Assembly (NCBI GenBank): GCA_964016885.1
Contig: OZ024743.1
Location: forward strand, 298,468,001-298,532,000
Reading direction: 5' to 3'
Length of the DNA: 64,000 nt
DNA from: Eledone cirrhosa
Taxonomy: Eukaryota
A program made the position numbers and the translations under genes. Below the pieces are notes generated by a model, which did not search any database, was not told the DNA's origin, and saw nothing but the letters and a program-made list of their open reading frames with translations. Below are positions 42,000 to 55,640 of the stretch, in pieces; within the stretch, counting starts at the first letter, position 1; each line of letters begins with the position of its first letter.

Positions 42000-42930
42000 T
42001 TTATTCCATCTTCCATTCATTTCCATTTTCTTCCCTTTCTTTCTCTCATTCGTTCATTCATTCATTCTCCTTTTCATTCATTCTGTATTTTTCTTTTATT
42101 AATTAATTCATTCTTTCATTCCATCTTCTATTCATTTCCATTTTCTTCCCTTTCTTTCTCTCATTCGTTCATTCATTCATTCTCTTTTTCATTCATTCTG
42201 TATTTTTCTTTTATTAATTAATTCATTCTTTCATTCCATCTTCCATTCATTTCCATTTTCTTCCCTTTCTTTCTCTCATTCGTTCATTCATTCATTCTCT
42301 TTTTCATTCATTCTGTATTTTTCTTTTATTAATTAATTCATTCTTTCATTCCATCTTCTATTCATTTCCATTTTCTTCCCTTTCTTTCTCTCATTCGTTC
42401 ATTCATTCATTCTCTTTTTCATTCATTCTGTATTTTTCTTTTATTAATTAATTCATTCTTTCATTCCATCTTCCATTCATTTCCATTTTCTTCCCTTTCT
42501 TTCTCTCATTCGTTCATTCATTCATTCTCTTTTTCATTCATTCTGTATTTTTCTTTTATTAATTAATTCATTCTTTCATTCCATCTTCCATTCATTTCCA
42601 TTTTCTTCCCTTTCTTTCTCTCATTCGTTCATTCATTCATTCTCTTTTTCATCATTCTGTATTTTTCTTTTATTAATTAATTCATTCTTTCATTCCATCT
42701 TCCATTTATTTCCATTTTCTTCCCTTTCTTTCTCTCATTCGTTCATTCATTCATTCTCCTTTTCATTCATTCTGTATTTTTCTTTTATTAATTAATTCAT
42801 TCCTTCATTCCATCTTTCATTCATTTCCATTTTCTTCCCTTTCTTTCTCTCATTCGTTCATTCATTCATTCTCTTTGTCATTCATTCTGTATTTTTCTTT
42901 TATTAATTAATTAATTCTTTCATTTCACTA
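42000..42930. repeat. Pyrimidine-rich tandem repeat, ~115-bp unit, ~8 copies
   Basis: ttattaattaattc landmark recurs at ~42097, 42211, 42326, 42441 and onward. Confidence 0.9.
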
Positions 42931-43479
42931 TTTCATTCATTCACATTTTCTTCATCCTCTTTCTCATTCATTTATTTACCCATTAATGCTTTCATTCTCT
43001 TTTCCATTTCATCCATTTCTTACCTTTTCATTAATTTATACATTTTTCTTTCTTTTTCCTTTATTAATTCATTCATTCTTTATTGTCTTTCAATCGAACA
43101 TTCTTTCTTCCATTCATTTTTTCTATCTTTTTCTTTCATTCTTTCTCCCATTCTTTTTTGTTTCGTTTATTCAATGATTCTTTCTTTCTTTCTTTCTTTC
43201 TTTCTCCATTCCTTCCTTGTCTCCCCACTCCCTCTCACCCATGTCACCCCCCTTTCTTCTCACTTCCAAAATAAAATCTATCAAGTAACAACAATGCCAC
43301 AGGGAAACACTAAAACTTCCATCACTAATTTATAAGATTTCTTCTTCCATCAATTTTTTTGTCACTCCACTACCACCTCATTAGTACATCATCAGCACCT
43401 CCACTACATATATATCTCCATTATCTCATTTCCTCCCCTTATACTTCCTTCCATCCTTCATTCCGTCCTGCCTTCCATT

Positions 43480-43672
43480 TTTTCTCTCTCTTTGTCTTTC
43501 TGTCTTCGCTCACACGCTATCTATGTCTCTGTCACTACACCCCCTAGTTCTCTCTCTCCCTCTGTCTTCGCTCACACTGTCTATGTCTCTGTCTCTACAT
43601 CCCTCTCTCTCTGTGTCTCTCTCTCTGTCTCTCTCTCCCTATCTTCGCTCACACCCTATTTCTGTCTCTGTT

Positions 43673-43738
<66 letters not shown>

Positions 43739-43905
43739 TCTCTCCGTTTTCGCTCACACTCTGTTTCTGTCTCTGTTTCTCCACTCCCTCTTTCCCTGTC
43801 TCTCTCTCTCTGTCTTCGCTCACACTCTGTTTCTCCCCTCCCCTCTCTCTCTCTGTTTCTCTGTATCTGCCCCTCTCTCCTTCTCTCTTCGCCTTCGCTC
43901 TCTCC
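43480..43905. repeat. (CT)n-rich region with recurring tcttcgctcacac motif
   Basis: Motif at ~43503, 43565, 43642, 43749 and 43813. Confidence 0.8.
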
Positions 43906-44277
43906 ACCACTACTGAAGTATCAAAAGCAACAGCATTGTTGTTACTTTGTTTATCTCGTCTAGAAAGAATTATCGGTGAAATAGTTTTGTTTAAAATAAC
44001 AATTCCTACTGATAATTTAACAACGCTTCAATATCCTTCGAATAACAATATAACACCACTACTGCCAGCGAATCCAACACCAACACCACCATCAACACCA
44101 ACACGATTAACACCACCACCATCACCACCACCACCACTGTCACTGTCATTACTATCATAATCTCCTTTTCTCTCTATCTCAACAACCCTGGACTCCACCA
44201 GCACCAGTATTTACCACCACCACGACAGTCAACATTATCACTATTACCAACACTATTGCCAACCACCAATACCACTC

Positions 44278-44316
<39 letters not shown>

Positions 44317-45888
44317 TGATCATCATCGATACCTATTTTATCATTTTATGCCATTTCAAAAGTTATTCATTTCGAAATATTTTTTTTTCAAATGAAATAA
44401 AAATATTATTTCGTTTAAATATAAAATTATTTCAAGTTAAGGTATCGAACATCAAGCAAACAAATCAATCGTTCAAATCATATCTGTGGCATTGAACATA
44501 ATGGTTTCTGATTTTGGGAGAGAGAAAAGTCGATTAAATCGACCCCAGTGCGTTACTGGTACTTCATTTTTATCGACCTCCGTAAGGATGAAAGGCAAAG
44601 GGCGGTCCCTGTGGTATTGAAGATAATACATAAATCGTATTGTGGAATGGACTTTCATCGGATTCGACGATGGGTGTTCCAGTTGTTCAATCAATGGAAC
44701 AACCTGCTCGTTGAAATGAACGTGAAAGTGGCTGAGCTGTCCTTAAAGCAATTCTCAGGAAGATTCAGCATGTTATTGTGTTTGACATAGCTGGCCTCAT
44801 AAATTACAGATACAGTCCATCTGATTGGCTTCTAAGTAGTTTCTGACTAGCAAATTTTACTCACAAAGTTTGGATCAACCGGTAGCTATGGTAAATAGCA
44901 TTCACCTGTGTCCACAGATATTAGTTTATTATGAAGGTGGTGAATTAGTAAAATTATTAGAGATGAGGAGGAATGCCTATTTTATTTGGGTTCATTGGGC
45001 TTTAAATTTCAGACATGTATAACGAAATTATCTAATGATGAGGGATATTTGGCTGCTATTTCTAGCAGGTAGGATGATGTTATTGTGTTTGCTTCGTTTG
45101 TTCGTCCAGTGTAATGTTTATAACGGAATTAGTTTTATTCTTTTCCACGTTTTATTGTACGCCACAATGTCCTTTTTGCATTTAGCGCTTCTTTTTTTAT
45201 GAAATACCTCCCGAGTATTAGTCATGCCTGGTATGATGTGTCTAAATTTTTTCTGAGCCTCTACAACCATTCAAATCACCAACAAATTAGGTGACATTGT
45301 TTTTGTTCTGTTTGCTTGACTGATCGATTACTTGCTTGAGTGTCCGCTTTGGTATCTTAGAAACTAATGAAGCTTTGATGTGCACATTTTATAATAAAAA
45401 ATATAAAGGAAAATGGTCCAATTTTATATTTGTTTCGAATTTTTGCTTTATTAGCGAGATTTTTGTTATTAAGTTCGTGGCCAGCTCTTCTTTTCCACCA
45501 TGTTATATACAGTGCGAAATCGATTATACGAAAAACTTCAGAAAAACACATAGCTACATAATTTCATAACAACCCAATTTCTTTCAGATATTAATGGCTA
45601 TAATAAACACGAGTGCAAAATACATTTTTTTAAAAACACATAGTTACATAGCAATTCATTTGGTCTTCTCAGATTTTGGCAACCTTAATAATTAGTAGTG
45701 CAAAATACTAACTATAGGCGGTTCCTTACCATGACCACAGTCCAAAGACTGATGCCTATAATAATTAGTTATAGAAATACAGAGAACAGTAAAAGAATAA
45801 AAGAATACATGTAATCAAGATTTCCCTTGTATTAATTCGTAAAATTTTGCATTGTTAGAATCTCAAATATTTCATTCAATTATAGAGT

Positions 45889-46210
45889 GAAGGCAGCGAA
45901 CTGGCAGGTTCGTTAGAACGGCTGGTACAATGTTTTGTGATATTCATCCCAGCTGTCTGCCCTATGAGTTCAAATCCCGTCGAAGTCAACTCTGCCTTTT
46001 ATCCTTTCGTGGTCGTTAAAAAAAATACCAGTCTAGTACTGGGGTAGAATCTTCCTCTATATCTCTTTCTCACTTTCTAGTCTTCTCTGGAAGAAATCTG
46101 CGGTCCAGCCCTGGAGAGGGATGGGCTCTGTTAGGCTTAAATATGCCCAAGAAACGCCGGATGTCACTACGCTGACCCTACGATTCCACCAGGAGTTACG
46201 TGACTTAAAG
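45889..46210 (+). mobile_element. Meta-type SINE with extended 3' segment
   Basis: tRNA-like head and core; tail shared with 1828-1960. Another partial SINE lies at 44502-44601 (-). Confidence 0.65.
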
Positions 46211-47052
46211 CTAAAGATATATAACTGATTGAGATGAGGAGGCAAATTGAACACAAGTCTATTTATAATCTGATCATTGATGTTGAAATTCATGGCACGA
46301 GGAGGGTAAAGTATCTGTTTTCGTCTTGTCCTGCAACTTTTTCTGTCGTTCTAGCATTAGTAAAATTTGAGTGTACGTAGAATAGTTTGACACGTTCAAT
46401 TGCCGTTTCGGACACTCGCCCTTCGTCTGGAAGAATCGCACACGCGCGCACGCGGACACGCACGCACGCGCACACACGCGCATGCGCACACACGCGCACA
46501 CACGCGCACGCGCAAACACGCGCACGCACACACACGCGCACGCACGCACACACACACACACACATGATGATGGCTGCAACTCGATTTCGAGTAATGCAAT
46601 CGCTTGAAACTTAAACATGAGCACCACAGACATGGTTTTCAGTTCTCTAATACATACATACATACATATATACATAGAAAGATACATACATACACTTTTC
46701 CAGACACTTGCATACTCATGCGAGGAGGTGTTACTAAATTACATTCATAAATGATATCCGTGATTGCTTCCTGTTTAGTCTCATATTTAGAATAAAAAAT
46801 ACTTCTACACACGACCCTCCTTCCCCAACTCATCAGTTATATTGACACGGTGTCCAATTACCAAAAGAAAAAAAAATCTATATATAAGTCTCTCTCTCTC
46901 TTTTGCTTTCTTTCTCTTTTCCTATCTCTTCTTCTTTTCCCTGGAATGACACTACCAATCCTTGCCGCAGGCGAAGAATATACTGTAGAGTTGGAACAAG
47001 AATAATACACTATAATGAATACAGCTACAAGGTGGGAGGGGGGAAGACAAAA

Positions 47053-47085
<33 letters not shown>

Positions 47086-47196
47086 TAAGCAACAACAAAA
47101 TTGAATCAATAAACACAAACAAAAAACCCACAAAAAACAACGAAAAACAAAATAGAAAACAAACAAATAAACCTTAGATTATATTCCCATCATTTA

Positions 47197-49190
47197 TTGA
47201 TGGATAGTTATCAAGCAGCATCTATGTATTATCTATGGCAGCAGAATAGGAGTATTCCCAGTTCTGTGAGCAGGGGAGTGGTGACGCTGATAAGGAAAGA
47301 CGAGAACAAGAGGGATACATTAGACAACTTCAGGCCCATAACTCTGCTCAACACAGAGTTTAAGATTTTGGCCAAGGTGTTAGCAAAGAGATTGGCGCTT
47401 GTCGTCGAGGATTTGGTTGGGGAGGCGCAAACTTGCGCAATCCCAGCCAGGTCCATACACGACAATCTCCACCTCATGCGATACATCATAGAGAGGGTAG
47501 GGTGTAAACCTGGCTTCGGTGGGGCACTGATCAATTTAGATCAATCGAAAGCATTCGATAGGGTCGACCATCGGTATCTGGAGTTTGTCCTCAAAGCAGC
47601 TGTCTTTAGAAGCTGGATTATTGCAATGCACAGCGGCACACGCTCGGTGGTCAAGGTTAATGGCCACCTTTCGGAACCATTTCGGCTCTCCCGATCGGTC
47701 CGTCAAGGGTGCCCTCTCTCTTCCCTTCTGTACGTATTGACTCTCGAGCCTTTACTGCGGAAGCTGGAGCTGTTGCAGGGCATCCCGCTCGAACCGGGAC
47801 GTGGAAAGGCGGTGTCGGCTTATGCGGACGACATCACCGTGATGGTGTCGAACACCTCAGAAATCGAGGTGGTCGGCACCTTATTGAAGGAATATGAAAG
47901 GTTGACAGGAGCCAAACTTAACCCGGAAAAGTCGGTGGGCTTGCAGCTCGGAACCTGGAGAGGCAAGCCGATGCCATCCAACAGCGTCGTGGGGCGCTGG
48001 ACAGACGGACCGGTAAAGTTGCTTGGGGTTTGGTTCGGACCAGACCTCCAGGTGGAAAAGAATTGGGACGAGGTAACGAGCAGAGTAGCCAGTCTCACCC
48101 CAAAATGGGCTGGGAGGAAGCTATCACTGAAAGGTCGCGCGGAGGTGGCGAATGCGTACATCGCGTCCGTCATCTACTACCGCCTAACCGTCGTGCCTTG
48201 CCCCCGTCCGCGCCTCGTCAAGTTGGAACGGCTCCTCTTCAAATTCTTGTGGAGGGGACAAGTTCCGTTGGTGAGGCGGTCCATCTGCTGCCAGCACCCT
48301 CTACGCGGAGGGCTGTGCATGCCGTGGCTAATGATGCGCAGACATGCGTTGAGGCTACGACATCTCCAGATATTCTGCCTCAACGGTGAACCGGTGTGGT
48401 CGCCGTTTATCAGATGGTCCTTTCCGCAGCTCATTTCTTTGACTGAGCTGCAATCCTGGGTCAAGAAGAGACCGAGACTGGGTGACTGGCACCTGGAATG
48501 TTGCCAGGCACTCACTGCCCTCTACCAAGCGGGCAATGCGATCAGTGGAACTTCCACTCTCGAGTTCTATAGAGGATTAGTGGTGGGCAAGTGCGATGAC
48601 AACTCGGAGAAGCTTTGGGCCTCGACGAAGTCGAACTGACCAGTCTGTACCGGAGGACTTTTGAGCCGGGGACGATGGACAATTTCCAGAAATCCCTCGC
48701 TTGGCAATGCTACCGGGGGGCACTGCCGGTTCGGGATAAACTCTACAGGCACGGAAGTGCTGTCAGACGGACCTGCCCAAGATGCGCACAGAACGACGAA
48801 ACCGTTCTGCACGCACTTGTCCAATGTCCGTGCATTACTGACTTGTGGAGTTATGTCGAACAGCTACTGTCGCGTGTGGAACGAATCCGGCTATCGGCCG
48901 AGTCCATAGTGAAGATCGAGCCGCCACCTTCCTTAGGTCAGGAAGAGCAGGAAATTTTCCTCTGTCTGGTGGCAGTTGCGAAAGAGATTATATGGTGGAC
49001 CAGGTTGAAAGGACTAAAGACAGACACTTTTCTCTTCGGCCAATCCCTCATCAACTTCTTCAAGTTTCACCTGGAAAGGAGGGTGAGGGTGGAGAGAGAA
49101 GTGCTGCCTCCCAGTACATTTGCTAAAAGGTGGGTGAATGTGGCGAGAATGGCTCGTGTGAATGGGCCTACTCTGACCATGCGCCTATAG
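47197..49190 (+). pseudogene. ORF2 remnant: reverse transcriptase plus zf-RVT, one frameshift near 48610
   Basis: ORFs 47197-48639 and 48615-49190 join into a single ORF2 C-terminal half. Confidence 0.9.
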
Positions 49191-49465
49191 GCTGGCTAAC
49201 TTGAGGAGAGGCGTGCTTTGCTGGGTGCCCTAGAAACGCAGGGTGGTTCAGGATTGGTGGGGTACCTGAAGCACCCTAGGGTCGTACACCCCCTATCGGG
49301 GAATTTATTTTGTTATATTTATGCATAGTATATTTTATATTTTTATATTTTCATTGTTAAATTAGTCTTGCCATTGTGCACTTTGACTCGACCTTATTGT
49401 AAATCCCCACTGTCCATGTCTTTGTATTGTCCCCTACATGTCGGCCCTTGTGGCTATAAATGAAA

Positions 49466-49503
<38 letters not shown>
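47230..49503 (+). mobile_element. Tx1/L1-clade non-LTR retrotransposon copy 1, 5'-truncated, with 3'UTR and (ATT)n tail
   Basis: RT motifs NFRPITLLN, DQSKAFDRV, VRQGCPLS, AYADD; C-terminal CPRC..ETVLHALVQC; tail at 49467-49503. Confidence 0.92.
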
Positions 49504-50351
49504 GGCGACCTACGTAGGAAATCGTATTATCGTGAGCTCCGCAAAGGTTTGTTATTTCCGTTTGTTTAAAAATTGCCATTTATGGAAAATTTTATTGTTA
49601 ACTGTTTATAAGCACACATACATTGTTTTCCGAAAAGGACACCTAAAAAGATTGGGGCCTTGTGCCCAAAATTTTAACTTTTATTATTATCCAAAAATTT
49701 CTTTGAAAAAAAAATGGCTAATTCCCCTCTGCACGAAGCAGCTGAAAGCCTTCCTCACAAAATAACACCTCACACCGACACCACCATTGTAAATGTTACT
49801 ACGTTTGCCAACACAAAAAAAAATATAAGCAGTAGCAATATTTTAAATTTGTCTCAGGCAGACATTCATTTCCCGCCATTACCAATGACTGCAGGTGTTA
49901 AACCCTCCACCACCACCACACCGCGACAACCACCACCACCACCACTACCACCACCGCGACAACAGAAACAAAAGAAGAAAAAAATAAATTAACTCGTGAG
50001 GTCGAAATGAAATCAAGCAAAATGGACTCTTCCCCACCAAAGACGACTGACGTCACCACCACCACAACTGAAAATAAAATTAATATTAACGATAGCAACA
50101 ACAACAACAATGACATTATAAAACCGACCCTCAGTTTCGCCATCGTAGCAAAACAATTCGAAGCGTTCACGGTAACTCAAGAAGATTTAGAAAATGCCAA
50201 ACAAATGGTAAAGAAAGATGGGTACAGGGTCAGCCTCACCCCCCCCACCTAATAAAATGGAGCATCGGCGCCTGTGCACCGTGTCGTATAGAACAATAAA
50301 TGTAAAATCGCGCCGAGTGGACGGGCATCCGAGTCCCAAATCCAAAAATCT

Positions 50352-51674
50352 TTGGGACATGTGTGGGCAAGAAAAACCCACATCAGACGTGGGCAAAAGT
50401 ATGGAACCGTGGATGTGTTCTTTGAAACACCAGAGGAGGCTAGAGAACACTCCATGGCCCCATTAAAAAGTGACGACCTCACACTCGTCCCAAGCTATTG
50501 TGGCCAGAGACTCGTAAAGATCAGGGTGACCCACGTTCCACCGGCCATCGAAATTCCCTGGCTAATAGCGGCTGTCCTCGCCGGCATCGAAGCCAACACG
50601 AAAATAATAGCAGTAGCAAAAGAAAAGCAGGAAAACTGGTCCGGATCTGGGATGGAGCTCCTGATCCAAGCGGACCAAAAAAGCATTGAGGAGATCCCAG
50701 AGGTAATAGACCTCACTGACGGCAGCCACCTCACGGTAATTGTCGAGGGCAGAAGACCTAGGTGTGTCGTTTGTGGTGAAGGAACCCACCTAAGGGCTTT
50801 CTGCCCTCAGGCTAAAAGGTTGAGGCCGCCTCTCCTACCCACCCCAGTGACACAACCATCAACACCACCAGTAGCAGAGATGGCAGCAACAACTGTAGCA
50901 GCAACAACAGAAGCAACTATAACAGCAACAACCCCAGCAACAGTAGCAAAACCAACACCACCACCACCCAAAGCTTCAGAACTAGCACCAGCGCCTACAC
51001 CATCCACCACACCACAACCAAAACTAACGGCTGTGGAGGATTTTCCACTCCCCGGCCTATCACAACTGGAGACAGATTGTGACGACGAGGAGTGGGAAAC
51101 GATATCCGGAAAAAAAAGAAACCAAAAAAGAAAAAATTCTCTTCCTTCCCCCTCCAAAAACAAAATACAGAGGGAAACAAATAAACTAAGAAACAAAAAA
51201 GTTAGGACAGATATGCCACCATCCACACCAGCATCACCAACCCCATCAACCCAAACACCAACACCATCACCATCATTAACTCCAACACCACCATCACCTA
51301 CACCACAAAAGTCACCAAAATGCGAAACAGAAACAAACCCACAACAAACGCAAACAAAACAAAACAACCAAAACGATATACACTACACAGCATTAAATTT
51401 GAACAACAAGCAATTATTACACTACATCCAACACAACACCAGCATCACAGAAAAAGACTACTCAACAACCCCAAAATTCACACCACCTCCACACATACAA
51501 ATCACTCGCATCACACAGAAAACGTACATGACACTAAAACAAAAATTCCCCAAAGACATCGGAGACTTCCGACAAGCACTCTCCAGGAGGATTTATAAGG
51601 ACATCCTTCCTGAGGAGGCCACAAGCAGTGAAAAGGATGGAAAAACCGTCCTTCCCCTACGAGAAGTAAGGTAA
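50352..51674 (+). CDS. ORF1 (gag-like, CCHC knuckle, Pro/Thr-rich); true start probably upstream across frameshifts (~49714-50250)
   Basis: 440-aa open frame containing VIVEGRRPRCVVCGEGTHLRAFC and WETISGKKR. Confidence 0.7.
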   Translation: MGHVWARKTHIRRGQKYGTVDVFFETPEEAREHSMAPLKSDDLTLVPSYCGQRLVKIRVTHVPPAIEIPWLIAAVLAGIEANTKIIAVAKEKQENWSGSGMELLIQADQKSIEEIPEVIDLTDGSHLTVIVEGRRPRCVVCGEGTHLRAFCPQAKRLRPPLLPTPVTQPSTPPVAEMAATTVAATTEATITATTPATVAKPTPPPPKASELAPAPTPSTTPQPKLTAVEDFPLPGLSQLETDCDDEEWETISGKKRNQKRKNSLPSPSKNKIQRETNKLRNKKVRTDMPPSTPASPTPSTQTPTPSPSLTPTPPSPTPQKSPKCETETNPQQTQTKQNNQNDIHYTALNLNNKQLLHYIQHNTSITEKDYSTTPKFTPPPHIQITRITQKTYMTLKQKFPKDIGDFRQALSRRIYKDILPEEATSSEKDGKTVLPLREVR

Positions 51675-51708
51675 GTGGTCTTTCCCATCTTTTCCACTCC
51701 TTTTCAAC

Positions 51709-54700
51709 ATGACCTCACTCAGAATAGGCAGCATAAATGCGCGTGGCTCGGGGTCGTCATGGAAACAGGGCCACCTGCTCAACGACCTCAGGTAACTAAA
51801 CATAGATGTAGTGGCCATCAGCGAGACCAGAATCTCCGAAGCACGGGCCTTCGCACCGATCTTCGGCGGCTACGATATGTACGCATCTCCCAGCCGTCCG
51901 GGATCGGGGGGAGGAGTTGCTGTGATTTTTCGGAGTGGTTTGGATCTCGCCATACGGGCCTTCTTCCTGGACCCAGAAGGTAAGTTGGTGGTGATGGACG
52001 TGACCAGCGGAGACGGGCAAGCTTTCAGGCTAGTGGCCGTCTATGCCCCGACAGGAGCAGGGCGGCCTGATTTCTTCCGGCGTCTGGAGACCTTTCTTGG
52101 AACGTCCCGCTCTTTAGTGTTAGTGGGCGACTGGAACGGGATCTTAGATGCACGCTGGGACTGTGTGGGATTAGCGGATAGGGGAGGAGGGTGCAAGAGC
52201 CTCACCAACCTGCTCAGGCGTTTTGAACTGTCTGACAGGTACCGAATGGATTTCCCGAATGTGCCAATGTGGACTTGGACAAACCGCATAGTGTCATCCA
52301 GATCATATCTAGATAGAGTATTTTATAGGGAAATAGATAGGTCTAGCATAGGCTGTCTACAATTCAAGATAGTCAGCTACACGGACCACAAATTCGTGAT
52401 CTGTGTGCTTGACTTAGATAGGCTTCATAGACGAGGGCCCGGCTACTGGAAGCTAAACGCGTCCTTACCAGCGCGCAAGGCCTACAGAGACCGGATTAGC
52501 GAACTAGTTAAACGAGCGTTGACGGAGGCCATCGTCAACTACAAGTAGTGGTTTGCTCTGAAAAGAGCGATTAGTCCATTAGGTTTAGTAAGGCTTTAGC
52601 TATAGAGAAAAATAGAGCAGAGGGAGAACTAGTTAGAAAATTAGACGAGGCGCTTAGCAAAGGCATCGCGACCGACGTACTTGCGGCGAAATTTGCCGTT
52701 GACCAATTTTTCGATTCAAAGCACGAAGGCTGCGTTGTCAGAACTAGGGTGCGTGCTCTCAGACACGAGGGACGAAAGCCGTTCAATGGGCCCGAGTGGC
52801 GGAGGCGCGTCGTGGCAACAAAGCCACGATCCGGTCTTTGGTGGACCACGACGGGCGCATGCTACTCGATTCCGGGCAAATGTGTGAAGCCTTTCAGCGA
52901 CACTTCGCTCAGCTGTTCGGGGACAGCGGCGGGCCGGATCGATGGATGGACTTTAGTGTCTACCTCGACGGACTGCCGCGCCTCTCGACCACTGAGGCGG
53001 AGTGTTGCTAAAAGCCGATAACATCCGCTGAAGTACTGGAGGCAATGACTCGCTGCACAAGGGGTAAAGCGCCTGGTCTGGATGGTCTGCCCTATGAACT
53101 TTACGTACAGATGCCAGACTTGTTCGGAGGCCTCTTGGCGGACGTCTAGTGCAACTGGCAACAGAATGGGAGAATTCCCAGCTCTGTGAGCCGAGGAGCG
53201 GTGGCGCTGCTGAGAGAGGATCCGAAAAGGGGGATAACATAGATAATTTCAGGCCTATAACTCTGCTAAACACAGAGGTTGGCGCTTGTCGTTGGTGGTC
53301 TGATGGGAGAGGCACAGACATGCGCCATTCCCGACAGATCCATCCACGACAACCTCCACCTCATGCGATACAGCGTAGAGAGGGTAGCTAGGGAACCTGG
53401 CACGGGTGGGTCCTTGATCAATTTAAATCAGTCGAAAGCTTTCGATAGGGTCGACCAACGTTACCTAGCGGCAGTCCTGAAGGCGGCTGGCTTTGGGCCC
53501 GTCTTCAGAGGCTGGATCGCTCCATGCACAGCGACATCTGCTCTGTGGTGAGAGTGAACGGTCACCTTTCGGAACCGTTCAACATCATACGCTCGGTCCG
53601 CCAAGGATGTCCGCTCTCGTCCCTCTTGTACGTATTGACTCTCGAGCCATTACTGCACTAACTGGAGACGTAGAGGGGGGTCCCGCGCGAACTAGGATGC
53701 GAAAGATCCTTGTCAGCATATGCAGACGATGTCACCGTAGTTGTGTCGAACGCCAAACACATCGAGGCGGTCGGCACTACACTAAGAGAATACGAAGCGG
53801 TGACAGGAGCAATGATCAACCAGGAAAAGTCAGTGTGCCTGCAGCTTGGCACCTGAAGAGGCAGGTCCATGCCGTCCAACAGCGTCGTCGGGTGCTGGAC
53901 GGACGGACCGGTTAAATTGCTAGGGGTCTGTTTCGGTCCGGACCTCGAGACGGACAAAAACTGGGACGAGGTGACGAGCAGGGTGGCTTCTCTCACCCAG
54001 AAATGGGCGGAGAGGAAGCTATACCCGAAAGGTCGAGCGGAGGTGGCTAACGCGTACATCGCGTCCGTCATCTACTACCTCCTGACCGTCGTACCTTGTC
54101 CTAAGCCCCGCCTGACTGCGCTGGAGCGTTTGCACTTTCGCTTTTTGTGGAAGGGACGCGCTCCGATGGTCAGGCGGTCCATCTGCTGTCAATACCCGCT
54201 ACGTGGGGGGCTGGGCATGCTGTGGCTGATGATGTGCAGACACGCGCTCAGGCTACGTTATCTCCACCTCTTCCTCGAACGGTGATCAGGTGTGGTCGCA
54301 GTTTGCTAGACGCGTCTTTCCCCAGCTCGTCTCCTTGACGGAGCTGCAGTCCTGAGTCAAGCGAAGACCGAGAGGGAGCGCTTGGAGACTGGAATGTCTT
54401 CAGGCGCTCACAGCCCTCGACCAATCGGGAAATGTGATCGGTGGAAACTCCACCTCGGCGTTCTATAGAGGATTAGTGGAGGGGAAGAGCGACGACGTAC
54501 TTGGGGAAACTCTAGGCGTCGACGAAAATCAACTAGCCAATCTCTTCGGAAGAACTTTCGGGCCGGGGCCTATGGACAACTTCCAGAAATCCCTGGCCTG
54601 GCAGTGCTACCGAGGAGCTTTGCCAGTTCGGGATAAACTCTACAGGCATGGAGGTGCCGTCAGCCGAGCATGCCCGAGATGCGCGCAGGGCGACGAAACC
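51709..54700 (+). pseudogene. ORF2 APE endonuclease plus RT (disrupted)
   Basis: MTSLRIGSINARG, AISETR, VYAP, GDWN, YLDRV, TDH, GYWKLN, KAPGLDGLPYE, AYADD. Confidence 0.9.
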
Positions 54701-54719
54701 GGGGGTGGTAGGGGTGGTG

Positions 54720-55609
54720 GTGGTAAGTTTTTGTTTTTTTTCCCTCAATTTGTTTTTTGAAAAAAAAATGAGATGGTGGACAATGATGTGACGTCCAAGT
54801 GTCTACAGACTGAAAGAAAGAAACTTCAAGCCAAATTAATCAAAGTAAAAAAATCACTGGCTGAGTTGTTGGCAGACACACATAAAAATAACTGTAATTT
54901 ACAAATGCCTGTCTACAAACACGCAAGGGCCGGAGCCAGTAATCAGACAGACGTTGGAAGAGCAATGGAGTAAATAATACCCGACATACAACACATAGCT
55001 AGGTTCAAGCAGTTTGCGGGCATTTCAGTTCTCTTTAAGAGTGAAGCGCCGACCGTGAAACTCTCCGTGTTACCCCGTCGAAGTGATAAGTATGTTCTAC
55101 ACCCATCGTATCTAGGAAGAAGGACGGTAAGAGTCAAGAGTTATGGGATCCCACCAGATGTAAATATCTGGTGGATATTGGTCTGCATCGTCTTAGGAGG
55201 AAGCAACACCCTCCTGGTGATGAAACGGACCTGACGAGAACACTGGTCTGGAATTAGTGTGGAAGTATTACTCCACATCAAACCAGAGCATCCATAAGAT
55301 CCTAGACTTCATTCGCCTTCTGAGAAGGGTGGACTTTCATGTGATGATTTGGGGAAAAAGGCCTCGTTGCCATCTGTGTGGGCAGACTGGCTACCTGAGA
55401 GCTTTCTGCCCCCAACAGAAGAAAAGGAAACAGGCCCTCCTTGCTACCAACAACAGGACCCCAAAAGCAACAATAACAACAGCAGCTCCAAAAGCGGCAC
55501 TGACTTCAGTAGCAGCAGCAACATTGACAGCAAAACCAACAACTGCGGCGGTAACACTAACATAAGAAACAATAGTAACAGCAACACCGCCAACAGCAGC
55601 AGCAGCAAT

Positions 55610-55640
<31 letters not shown>

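Larger units (their letters stand above)
49504..54700 (+). mobile_element. Tx1/L1-clade copy 2 (5'UTR, ORF1, ORF2), 3'-truncated
   Basis: Gag-like ORF1 followed by APE and RT domains; many stops and frameshifts in ORF2. Confidence 0.9.

Noticed and set aside
43492-44160. 222-aa Ser/Leu/Pro-rich ORF
   Set aside because: Derived from (CT)n and (CCA)n low-complexity DNA
49503-49520. tggcgacc resembling an LTR primer-binding site
   Set aside because: No LTR upstream; downstream genes are non-LTR ORF1/APE-RT
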